DNA of 64,000 nucleotides from Balanoglossus misakiensis. Its lineage: Eukaryota > Animalia > Hemichordata. This document shows, piece after piece, positions 14,724-26,400 of this stretch. Position numbers and translations under genes: made by a program. The notes under the pieces are model-generated. The model did no database searches and had not been told where the DNA came from. It saw only the letters and a program-made list of their open reading frames with translations. Location: NCBI GenBank assembly GCA_040954595.2, contig CM082588.2, positions 6,212,202 through 6,276,201 on the forward strand. Reading direction: 5' to 3'. The stretch's first letter is position 1. The number at the start of each line of letters is the position of its first letter.

Positions 14724-15505
14724 AGAGGTACGTGTATCAGGGGGTGTATCACGATGGGTATGCGTGTGTGTGTCTCTCTCTGCATATACGTTGTACATGT
14801 TAGCACCAACTGTCTATCCATATGGCGCTATTGACAGGTTAACATTTCTAAAATACACAACCATCGACACCTTCCGCCTCAGTGATAAAAGAAATGCCAC
14901 TTCGGAAACCGAACACGCAGCATTAACATTTCCACAGAGACAGGAAGTGGAGGAGAGAACACAAACACGTCCAGTTTCAATGGAATTAACTCTAAGCTAA
15001 TTATAGTCACTCTCCTGTACACATAGACACCATTGATCATGGCAGGAGCTGACAGGTTATCATTCGTAAATTGCTAATGTAAATACTGTTATCGCTTGCT
15101 CACTCAAATTATGAAACTACCTTGTTCATGGATACTCAGCCACAGTAAATTAACATCATGGTTTATGGTTTTTACGAGAATAAGACAAATATATATTTTC
15201 TGCCTTGTGTGGGTAATTGACAAGATTATAATTGAAACTTCTGACAAATTATCGGATGTGCTATTTCTATATTTGGGGGTACACTCAAGGGTAATTGTAA
15301 CATAGTAACAATCCTTAGAAACCGATAATATGAAACTTTTTTTGCTGAAGTCAAAATGAAAAGTTTAAAGTTGTTGATGGCATAATTTCTCCTAGAAGTT
15401 AGGCTTTCGCACAGGTCCGACGAGGCACAACCATACACTTGATGCAAAGTGGGTGAATTCCATCGTGAAGCTTTCTTGTCAGGTGACAATCAGACGTCAT
15501 TTACT

Positions 15506-15598
15506 ATAACCCTTTCACCACCATGGTTTGGTCCAAAACCGTTGTTTTAAATGGAACAGCTGGAACTCTACACAGGCAAATGAGGGTGAAAGACTTAA
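15506..15598. mobile_element. ~90 bp piggyBac-like MITE copy
   Basis: CCCTTTCACCACCATGGTTTGGTCCAAA...GGGTGAAAGAC-TTAA. Confidence 0.72.
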
Positions 15599-18500
15599 AT
15601 GCCGAAATTGAGTCATTACGCCTGTGTAACTAACTGTGAAAGTCATGTCTGATGTGGGTGGGTTTATTTCACCGGATTTTTTCTACAGAACAGGTGGGCA
15701 CGCTTTGTGGCAATTTTCTCTCCTGATGAAAACCTGAGACGAAACCCAACCCCTGTCATTGTCTGAAAATTGAGGATAATCTGTTCACTCGTTCACCAAA
15801 TCACAAGAAAACAGCTTTCCGTGGCATGTGCGATCCGCCGATACAAGTCACTACTTTGTCACTTTCAGGCCATCTTTTGCACTGATAAATGGCAATTTGC
15901 TCCAAGCCTAATGCCCTCTCCAACCTCTTGGCAACGTTCTGATGTGTCAGTTTCATCTGACATAATAAGTCTGCCTGCAGTTCCGCGCACTGACGAACAC
16001 ACTGGGTATAATCTTCACAAATTTTCTTTACAAATTTACTGCGCTGACAAGATGTCAAATCCAACGGGAACTTGACGATTTTCATCAACTCATATTGGAG
16101 ACGAATGGTCATTACCTCCCTCCTCCAATCCCTCAAAAAATAAATCCCACAAAGAAATTAACAGTAAAATACAACCTGACTTACCCATGTTAGGAATACA
16201 CCTGAACAGATGGCACCAATATAATAAATTACTTGAGGAGAATGACCAACAATATATAAAGTCTATAAAACGCAATCAGCAGGTGACAAGTTTTCCTGTT
16301 TAACAGCTCTGACGGGAGAGCTGTTAAAAATCTACGGTAGTTAAAGCCAAGATTCCTGCGATGTTGATGATGTCGAACCGAGGTTACAGCGAAATCTGGC
16401 GAGTTAGTCGCGTTGCTTTCATTTTCGCATGTTCTGCATCGCCAGTTTTTTCAAGTAGATGGTGTCTTCTCAAAGCACTGCCTGGAATTGGTTGGTCTCA
16501 ATAAAAATCCTGCGGTCTGAGGGATGTTTCTCCTGCGGTAGATTCAGTACGTATGTGTGATCTTGTGGAAGACGCAGTATTTTGCTAGTGGGCACACTGA
16601 CCCGGAGCACAGTGTCTGATCAATCTTGCTCCTGCTGCTGTCCAATGTTTCCACCAAGTCCAGCAGCCACCAGCAACCTGACTACCGTGTCAGACCTATT
16701 TAGATTCCCCACACAAACCGTTTGTACTCGCAATCACCTGGAAACTGGGCTCCCTAGCTGGATCTCCATCACATCACTGAATTTCACCAACCTGAGGAGG
16801 CACATCCATTTGTCTCTCTGCCTCTTGAGATGTAAGCTGTAACGCCCGGCAAGATTTGTGGCACAACCAGGAAAGGGAATTCTCAAAGGCTCCTCAGAAG
16901 TGCCTTGCCTTAAGGGGTACGCATTGCCACGGAAACCCTCTAATGAATTCCGACCCCGACCCAGATCTAGACTCCACTCGCAATTACCGGTTGACACCAC
17001 GTCGTAGTTGACAGTAAGATTGGATTCTAAGTCACCGACTTAAATCTTCACACCTCAGCACAAGGTTTCAAATGCAACTGCTTTGTTCAGGTGTGCATAA
17101 TGCAAAAACAATTCTTCAGTGCATGTGCAAAGGCTACGCACACAATGCAGAATATTATGTACAGAAAGTGAATTTATTTCTGTATGAAACGTCTGTTTTT
17201 ATAAAAATATCATTCCTTGGGAAAAAAATTCTACTGCAGACTCTATTACCATGTAAATAGTATAATGAGTCGTTGCACCTGAACTAAGGGCATATCTCAA
17301 TCATATTTTTATTGCCCTCCTTCAAGTCGCCATCGGCAAAAAACCATAAAAATTTCAAACCACAATCTTGAAACAGCTGTTCAACATTTCCATATATCTT
17401 TCTTCCTTAGCCGGAAGGAAATCAAACTTTTCCAGACAGTACCTTCAGTGGTGTAGAATGAAAAAAGCCCATTGCAAGTCGTGTCTCTAGTAAATTTTAT
17501 CTGCAGCCTGACAAGAAAGCTTCTGTACGAATTTTAATTTTTAACAGTCACATTCCCGGAAACAGGGTTACATCAATTCATTAGTGCATGGCTTTAACAA
17601 GCATCGAGGGAACCAACCCGGTTCTGACTTATCTGCGCAAAATGAATTCTCTCGGCTCCACGTTTTGATGCCTGATGATAAAAAAACTCGGAAAGAATCC
17701 CTGGGTGCTTATGAATACTAAACAGACACTGAATAGTTATTGAATCGTCACTGTGAATATGACAGTGGCTCGAGGGGGGAGTGTAGTCCATACACACTGC
17801 CTGGTACAGTGAACATGATGTTCGATAAGGGATTAAAACCACAGGGAATAACACAGGGATATAAAACTGGGGCATATCGATCTTTCTGCTCTTGTACTGT
17901 AATAATAAAACAGAATATGGACGTCTTCAATGCTGAACATTGAAGGGTACTGACCAAATGTTGCTATGCCTATTGGCATCTTTTTATATAAAATTAATCA
18001 GTCATTTCCTTTACCCTATCTATTATAAATTAAAATCTTTACTCATATTTGAATAAGTTTGTTATAAAAATATTTACTGCTAACAATAAACTCTGAGGGT
18101 TAATTTTCTTATTACCACAAACACTACGATACGATGACAAACGTTCAACACAAAATGAGTTGATGATGATGTTATTGATGAATGGCCGTGAGGGTCAAGG
18201 GAACAGACCAAGAGTGCAGACTTGTATGTTTTTCTATGTCTCTCCAGGGCCACATTCACGTACCCTTACCTGGTATTCCACATTTTATTAACCATTCAAG
18301 GAATATAGCCGACGGTCATTCACAGATGCCACAGATATCTGAGATATCGCTCAAATCGATAAAAATACAAAACACTGCCAATGGATAGATTCTTACTCAG
18401 TACGAAATGGTAAAATATCATCTCAGAAATATTGACATTTCTGCGAAATTATCCTCTGTGATAAATCCCTGAATACCCCCTATCGGCGATTCGTGCTAAC

Positions 18501-20970
18501 CCAACTCAAGGTCACTAATGGATTGTTTGAAGAAGTTCTGGCGATCGCCGACAATTACAATCTAACTTGATTTTTATGTGCCAGTTAGCGCTCATAAAGA
18601 ATGGCCTCATTTTCGAACTACCTAAAAATGTAATTTACGGTATGCAGGTTCTGTGGAGCCGTCAGCTAGAGGCACTGGCATCCATATAGAAAGATTGTCT
18701 CTTACTTCTTTCGCAGACGTTGCAGAAAATATATAGAGCATCTCTTCACGTTGACTGATAGTTAACTACGTGGTGTACATATTGTTGTGTGTTCTAGATC
18801 AATGAGACGTACCACTAATTAATTCTCAATGAGACAAGAACATTTATCATGTTCACCCTGCACATCAACATACAGTACAGATGCAAAATATCACAAAAAA
18901 TGCTGAGTGTGCTAAATAAATTTCTGGCATACCACAGGTGTAACCTTTTATAGCACAACTTTCAGGTTTTTATAATTTTATTACTTTTTCATTTTAACTG
19001 TAACTCTAGGGTATTCTAACAATTCTGCAAATTTACATGTAGCTACAAATGCCATGACAACAGGAGATCTAACCAATGACAGATTTTCATACAGAGGCCA
19101 AGACGAATGAAGTCACAGGTAAATTCTCATGCGATGCGTCACCATGTCATAAAAACACATCACCAAAAATTATGAACCAGCCTGCAAATCACCCCCAGTG
19201 TTGATAATTTCCAGGCTAATAAAAACAAATCATTTTAACTCCTCGAGGGTTACGCGTACGTGCCCGTACAAAAAAACGTCACCTGCAGAAGCCCACAGTA
19301 ACACATTTCACAGACAGTGAAAAATTACAATTGTTTCTTGGGTTTAATTTGCAACCGCCATGATGAATGTCGATCAGAGAACTCGCAGGATCTTTCCTCT
19401 CTGAAGATTAATTACACCGATCTATTCAAGCATTTATATCCTACTTGTAGCTCGCTCGAAAACTCCAGGGAATACACCTGCATAATTGGTAACTAAGTCT
19501 CTATAACTTCGCCGCACATTAAGTCACCAAATTACTGAGAGATGAATCAATATCAAATTAACGATTTTCTCTTCTATTTCCTTCAGAGCAGCAACCCCTA
19601 TGGAATACACACATAGTGAAAACTTTGTCTTGGAGCTGTGCAAGGTATAAATGAGTTTTCAGTGTATTCTAATCAAACAAAACGTTTCAGTATAAACCTG
19701 TGAAACTTTTGGCACACTCTGCTGCATGAAGATATACCAACTTCTAAAGATATTTTTCAACAGAATTTTTTTTTCGCAATGAGTAAATATTTGTAGATCA
19801 AACAACAGGGACGCTGTCAAGTCATTGCAAACCTAACCACTGAAAAAATCACGCAAGTCCCTAATCCTCATTTCACGGACAATCGCATGACAAGACTTAA
19901 TTTAAAGAATTCACCCGAGTGATAAGATTTCTAACGCAAATCCTGCATTGGTTATTTTTATCTATACGAACATTCTGACAACTTGTTAAGACGGCAAATC
20001 CGCATGCCGTGTCGTGTCAAACATAAACCGAACAAATTTTTCCCCTAACCCCAACAGACAAGTACTTCCTCTGCGTTTAATCCCAAGACAAACACATCCC
20101 CCTGTCTTGTCAGAATCTTCTGAGAGATGTCAGTTTTCTTTTCAAACAAGCCGTCATCTCCGAGGTCTTTCACCTGATAACTGTTCTTGTGTTCCGACAT
20201 TTCTGATTTATCGGTCCTGATTACGTGCAGATGCAATCCAGCAGTGGTTGTTTGCTGAGAAACTATAATGAGAATCTGATGATATATTCCAGTCTTTTTT
20301 AGCTTGATTACTTTAAATCTCTATAAAAAAACATTTCTTTTGATAAAAACCAAGAATTCAAACCTCGTATTTCATTTTACTCCACAAAATGACTCCATAC
20401 AAGCTGGATTTCAGAGAACAAGAGAGATTTGCTAGACTCTTATTTTTCCACTGAATTTCTCCCCTGAGGTGTTTCACCTTTTACAGAATCACAACCTACA
20501 CACACACACACACCTTTGACAGTTATTCCACATTAATGCCCACGGCGACCCTTAAAACAGCCATTAATATCACACAGCTAAGATTTTGAGTGAACGCCAC
20601 GCCGGATTATGGGAAAATCTTACAAAAAGCGAGCAGTTTATGACCAATATTTCTCAACCCTTTTGCAGTTCAAGCTTCTCCATAGGGAAAACAGAAAGCA
20701 ATGTAATCTGCCGAGGCCAGTATATCTGACGCACTAAACTATTTAATTGGAGATTAGTAGCAACGATACGACTTGTAGGCTGCGAATTCACATTCTATTG
20801 GTTATTTATGCTTGACTTTTATGTATCGAAAATAACACATACAAGTATTCATTTCACCATTTCTGAACTGAATCTTTGGGTTTTAATTAATACCTTTTAA
20901 TGAAATATTTAGATTTATGCACAAAATACATTTGAAATCCTTGAGTTTCCAGAATTAACTGGACTTCAAA

Positions 20971-21046
20971 GGAGGCACAGTGGCCTAGTGGTTAGGTTAC
21001 TGGCTTTACAATTGGAGGGTTGTGGGTTCAAGACCCAGACACGGCC
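20971..21046 (+). mobile_element. tRNA-derived SINE head (or tRNA pseudogene)
   Basis: A box TGGCCTAGTGG and B box GGTTCAAGACC at tRNA-like spacing; cloverleaf imperfect. Confidence 0.7.
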
Positions 21047-22625
21047 ATGGATCTGAGCATGGTGAAAATATTTTTTTTTGACATTTATGAAATGAATTAC
21101 TACACTCAGAGGCTATTACATTGACATCAGAACATTCTTTAGTACTCCGAGTGTACATATATATTTCAAATTTATTGAGATCTTTCTGCAAACTATTTCA
21201 ATAAATCAGAGAAACAGCCAAAGTAATTGCAGTGGTCTGAGTGCTGAGGACTTACATGCTAATGCATGTCGCCACTTATGATGCATTATATTGGTTTCAG
21301 CAGAAGTTTGTTGTTTAATGTGCTGTTATGTAGTTTGATGTGCTGTTATGTCATGTCATTAATAATTGTAAGAACACTGCGGGGCAGTAATGGAGGTACG
21401 GACTGCCTGAAGCATAGGAAAATTATCTGTCTACTTTTGCCATTTATACCTTCGATATTTACCACAAAGTAATTTCAGCAGTTTTTCATGAAAGCATTCG
21501 TCTGCCTTTTAATTTTTTTTTTTCATTTTGACTGTACTCTATAATGTCAGCTTCTTCCCTACTGTCAACCCTGCAGCTATCAATGGAATCATTCTGTACA
21601 ATTCCCCTCTACCCTGTGATTGGCTATTTTGAATATCTGGTGTGCTGTCATTGGCCATTTCATGGTCTTACTGGCTTGTGATTGGTTATTTTGATTTGAA
21701 TATGTGTTGACTAAACCCTCTGCTGAGGAATGAAAATACATTTTTATACAGCGAGCTAGACGGAAATGTCAAAGTTGACAATGTACTCGTTTGATCTACA
21801 GACAAATTACACGTTTATCACTTTTCATATCTGACATAAAATCGCAACGTGGTACATGTGTAGAGTCAGCTACGCGAAGATTAATGCATCATTTTTTTTT
21901 CATGCCTATCGATTCCAATCTATCTTCAGCGCAATAACTTCTTGAATCAATAAGTTTTCTCATCATTTGAGTTTACAGGATATGGCGTCAGTCATACAGG
22001 AAAGCGAAAATGAATAGTTTCATTGAAAATGAATATTCTTATCAGTGATAACGCCATAATTTGCAGTTATGAACGAAACATAAAATGAAGGAATCTGAGC
22101 AAGTTCTGGACCAAGATTATTAGCACATACAGGCGTGAATGAAATTTTTTTGATAGTCTTGTTAAAATGTAATCAACCCACACTAGTTATATTCATATAG
22201 TCTGTTTCATTCTGAATGCAGTTTGCTGCAGAAAAGTAATCTATAAGAATTTGTCTTTCCATGGAAATTGCAATCAAATTTTCTTCGGATATCAAGAGAA
22301 TTTATGAGCACAGGCAGTCATGGTTTATGAAAAATGATAATGTGAATAAAGACTGGTCTCCCTACACATGCTACATTACTGCTGAAATTATTTCCAAGGG
22401 ACTGGAGTGAGTGTACCTTTGGCAAATGGAATGCTGGATGATGAATGGAAGAAACACAATCTAAGATTCCGACCATCAATAAACTTTTCTCTCTCTCTCT
22501 CAGAGGAACTGATTGAGTTTACATCTCTTACATATGCTGTATCGATACAGACCTATGGTTGATTAGAGTTGAAAATACAGTACCGGAAATGGCAGATAAC
22601 AAACACTACATGTCAGGAGATTAAA

Positions 22626-22870
22626 CAACAGATGTTTCGGGTTCGACCCTTTGTCAGTGAATACTAGGTGTCAAGAGCTAAGACCGAGAAAAAATGGACG
22701 GATACATTGTACACGAACAACCAATAAACAACTGAAAAGAAACCAGACTACCAAATAGACTGGACTGAAAGATTCAGTCGTGTGGGGGCGCTCCAGCAAA
22801 GCCTCATCCCGGAAAGGGTCTTAGACGGCGAGCCGGAGTGCCTGCACAGGACTCAATCTTTCAGTCTACC
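22626..22870 (-). mobile_element. Probable Penelope-like element terminal fragment with a degenerate minimal hammerhead motif
   Basis: Minus strand reads CTGACAAAGGG-TCGAA-CCCGAAACATC at 22631-22656; the element boundary is approximate. Confidence 0.5.
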
Positions 22871-23038
22871 AATAGACCACAGAAACACAGACACGGTACA
22901 CACTAGTACCACACATGCTGGTAGATTACCACCAAAACAGACATCCACAATTATCAAGTGTGCTGTCATGTTACATCAATCAATTCTCCCGCTCAACATT
23001 TAAATGACCAATGCCACCATCAGCATCATGGTCCCTAC

Positions 23039-23482
23039 CTTGAGCTTGTCGTCTTGCGTGGAGAACTTCTCAAAGTGGCCGCTGGTCAGCTCGGGCGAGT
23101 TCAGGTCCCTCTGCAGGGAGTCCAGCCTCTCCAGTATCCTCTGCACCTCCTCCACAAACTCTGTAGGGGCGTTGGTGAACTCAACCGTCAAGCCGTACAG
23201 CGTCCGGTACGTGGTCTTCATCACCGTCTTGACGATATCCCTGGCGATGATCTCCTCCGGCAGCTCCTCCTTCTCCTGCTCGACCTCCGCCTTGACGACC
23301 GCCTCTTCAACCACTGGCTTCCGGAACTGGTGGAACTGCGTCTCGATATTCCCTAATTTCGTGTTCAGTTGCAGCAGGGCCGGTTCCACGATCGGGGTGG
23401 CGCCGCTCTCCTTCAACTCCTCGGCACTTACCTTCAGCTCTTCAATCTCTTGCCGCCTTGTCGCGATCTCCTTCTGCAGCGC
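23039..23482 (-). CDS. DMD: Dystrophin exon (about exons 41+42)
   Basis: [16 protein letters not shown]...[25 protein letters not shown]...[22 protein letters not shown]; 444 bp. Confidence 0.93.
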
Positions 23483-26400
23483 CTGAAAGACCAAAAGAGC
23501 GCCCTCCACAGTCAGACATACACGGTTGATCACAAACACGAGTTTCACCTCAGCTGTCATGTTCTCTAATTTGAACATTCTTGTATCCATTTTCAAATTA
23601 TGTATTTTGCCACACCAATTAAAATACTTTCAGCATTTTATGGCTATATTTAGTACAGGTCTTGTCAAACTCGTTACATATTTACGGGGTTCACTATAAT
23701 GAGATTATTTTTCTATGAAAAATGTTTTCCCATATAATACATGTATTGAAATCTCCACTTTTTTAATATGTAAGTCTGCAAATTTGTCTTCAATATGATG
23801 GAAGGAATCTGCTTTCTCAGCTTTGCAGTTGTCACAAAACATAATTATGTAAATTGGTATGATAATGTTCTATGTGCTAAGACTGCCTTTCATTTATGGT
23901 CACTTGAAATCGCTCACAAAACTCAAAATATTCAATCTTTTCAGGCCTGAGTTTTTGGTAATTTACTGGTACTTTAATTTACCTCCATGTAGAGGGGTTG
24001 TGCCTGACCTATGGCTAGAATCTAGTTTGCCTCACTGGTCTGCTTCTATAAAATAATGCCCCCGAAAAAATCTTAGACCCACCACAGCCTCGTTGGCTGC
24101 TATGAAAAATACAATGTTTGGGGAAAGACAAGTTGCCAAGTACTCACCGAGGGCCCATCTAAAAACAACCCCAAAATTGGGTTCCTCCAACGACTTGAAC
24201 GACAACAGGTGATACCCATGATGAAATTAATGCACAGTCTCGTAGAATAAACACAACCTGTTAACTGAGTGTCCGCAAAGACTATGCCTCTGCCTGCTCT
24301 AAACACTGCTGAGAATTAATAATCTTCCACCCAGCGATAAGTCATTAACTGAACTATGACAGCCGAGATCATCAATTGTCGCATGCAAAGTGGAATGATT
24401 TTTTTTATGTTAAATTATCTTTCCCCAGATGGGCATATTTGAAATTTATTTATCGCTTATTCAGCTCAACTTTGTTGATGTTGCAGAAAACTAGTTTAGA
24501 AATGATGATTTAGCTGTCAATCATTTTTTCATAAAGAGATCGCTTTGCTGATATAATGCAATATACAATTCGACATATTTCTCTCACCTGCATCTTTTCT
24601 TCATCATCCTTCGCCTCTTGGAGACGGATCTCTATGGTAACCACCCACTTCATCACCTCGTCGCTCTGCTTCTTGTACTGGTACCACTGCGGCGCGACCG
24701 TCTTCAGCTTCTTCGTCTTGCACTCGGCGTCCGTCTTCACCACTTCCCACCTCTCCTTGAGGCTCTCCACCTTCTCCCGGATTTCCGTGGCCTGCTCCGG
24801 ATCCTTGGTTTCGCTGACCAGCTGCTCGCCGCGGGCGATGAGCTCGTCGATGTCCGGCTGCATGTTGCTGATGGCCTCATCCATTTCCTGGTGATGACAA
24901 GAATGACCGTCAAAAAAACAGTGAGCACCTGGGCGCTGATGTGAAAACACCGACCACAAAGCCAAATTATAGGAAAAAACAAACGTCTATTTTAGGAAAC
25001 TGTTCAATCATCTTAAATGATTCACGGGTTGTGTTGTAACACTAGTCTCTTAAGAATTACGACAGAAATACACGTCTTGGCTCTTGGGAAATTGAGACAA
25101 AGGTTTCTCCGAGAATTTGAGTACAGAGATTATACATGATTTACTCCTCTGGGAAATTTGTAAAGAAAAGTACATTATCATGTAGGTTGCTGCTACTAAT
25201 GTTTTCTCACAAAAATATTACCAGCTTTTGTTTTCTTTCACATTTCCAATTTAAAAAACAAAAATACTAATTTACCACTAGACAATACTGTTTGCATTGA
25301 TGTCGAACACAAAATAGATACCGAAACGATAATATTGGGAAATTGGTCCATGTCGGAAAACTACTTTGAGGTTGTTCGGGGTTAATTTGGACAATGCTGT
25401 CAAACACAGCTGGCAAGCCTCAGGTGTGTTCTCTATCATAGACAATCTCAAGACTGGTTTGTGCCTACAAGATCAAACACAGCTGGCAAGCCTCAGGTGT
25501 GTTCTCTATCATAGACAATCTCAAGACTGGTTTGTGCCTACAAGAATGTCTGAATGCAAGCAATAATGTGAAGATAAATGTGAGATAAGATTCAGTCTGA
25601 TTGGGTTAACAGAGGGTAATGATCTGAACTCTTAAAGGGGTTGATATCTAACAAATGAGAATTGGCTCGTCAGATACTGTGGAATATTCATTTGTATTCG
25701 ACCATGTTTCTGCACTTTGCTGACAGAACAAAGCAAGTTTCCTTTCATGCACTGATTCGAACAAAGGAAATTTCACAAATTTTAGCACTGATTAAGAATG
25801 GTCTTGCTACAATATTAGGAAGAGCTTATTTTCACATGAATAGAAAGCCTCTGGGTTTGAATGTCTGTGAAATATCAGCAGATCGAGTTTTTTGTCTCAC
25901 CTGAATTTTTTCGTCTGGGTTTTTCTCGATCTCCTTCTTCAAGTTGATGTCGAACAGATCAATGGCTACGTAGGTCTCTTGCAGGATGTTGTTGAATTCA
26001 GAGACGTATCGCTTCTCCTCGTCCTCCTCTTCGGATGCTGACGAGGACGACGATGATGAAGATGACGAGGAAGAAGATGAGGAGGAGGTGGAAGACAATC
26101 TCTGACGCTCCACGCCGTCTATTTCCTCCACGATGGGTTCCATGGACTCCGCCGGAAGCGGCACCTCGGCCACGTACTCGTCCGGCTGTTCGATGTTGTA
26201 CATCTTCGTCGTGGTGACCGTCGTCATGACAACCGGCTCCTCCACCACCTCCGGTGCAGACTCCACTGAATCCAGCTCCGTCTTGCCGATGGGCTCAAAC
26301 TCAACCTCCATCTTGGCGACGGGTTCAAACTCAACCTCCATCTTGGTGACGGGCTCAAACTCGACCTCCGGCTCGGGCGAGTGCGGCATCCTCTCCACCT

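Larger units (their letters stand above)
1..23038 (-). other. Large intron (more than 23 kb) following the exon 41/42 equivalent
   Basis: AAG/gtaggg donor at 23038. No spectrin-repeat-like exon recognised further left; the short ORFs there lack coding signature. Confidence 0.75.

Noticed and set aside
13614-15000. Five long ORFs (318-394 aa) of MYVC/HTYI repeats
   Set aside because: Artefact of the stop-free (TATG)n microsatellite.
22958-23569. Plus-strand ORFs overlapping dystrophin exons (also at 24556, 26133, 39373, 43126)
   Set aside because: Antisense shadow ORFs of GC-rich coding exons.
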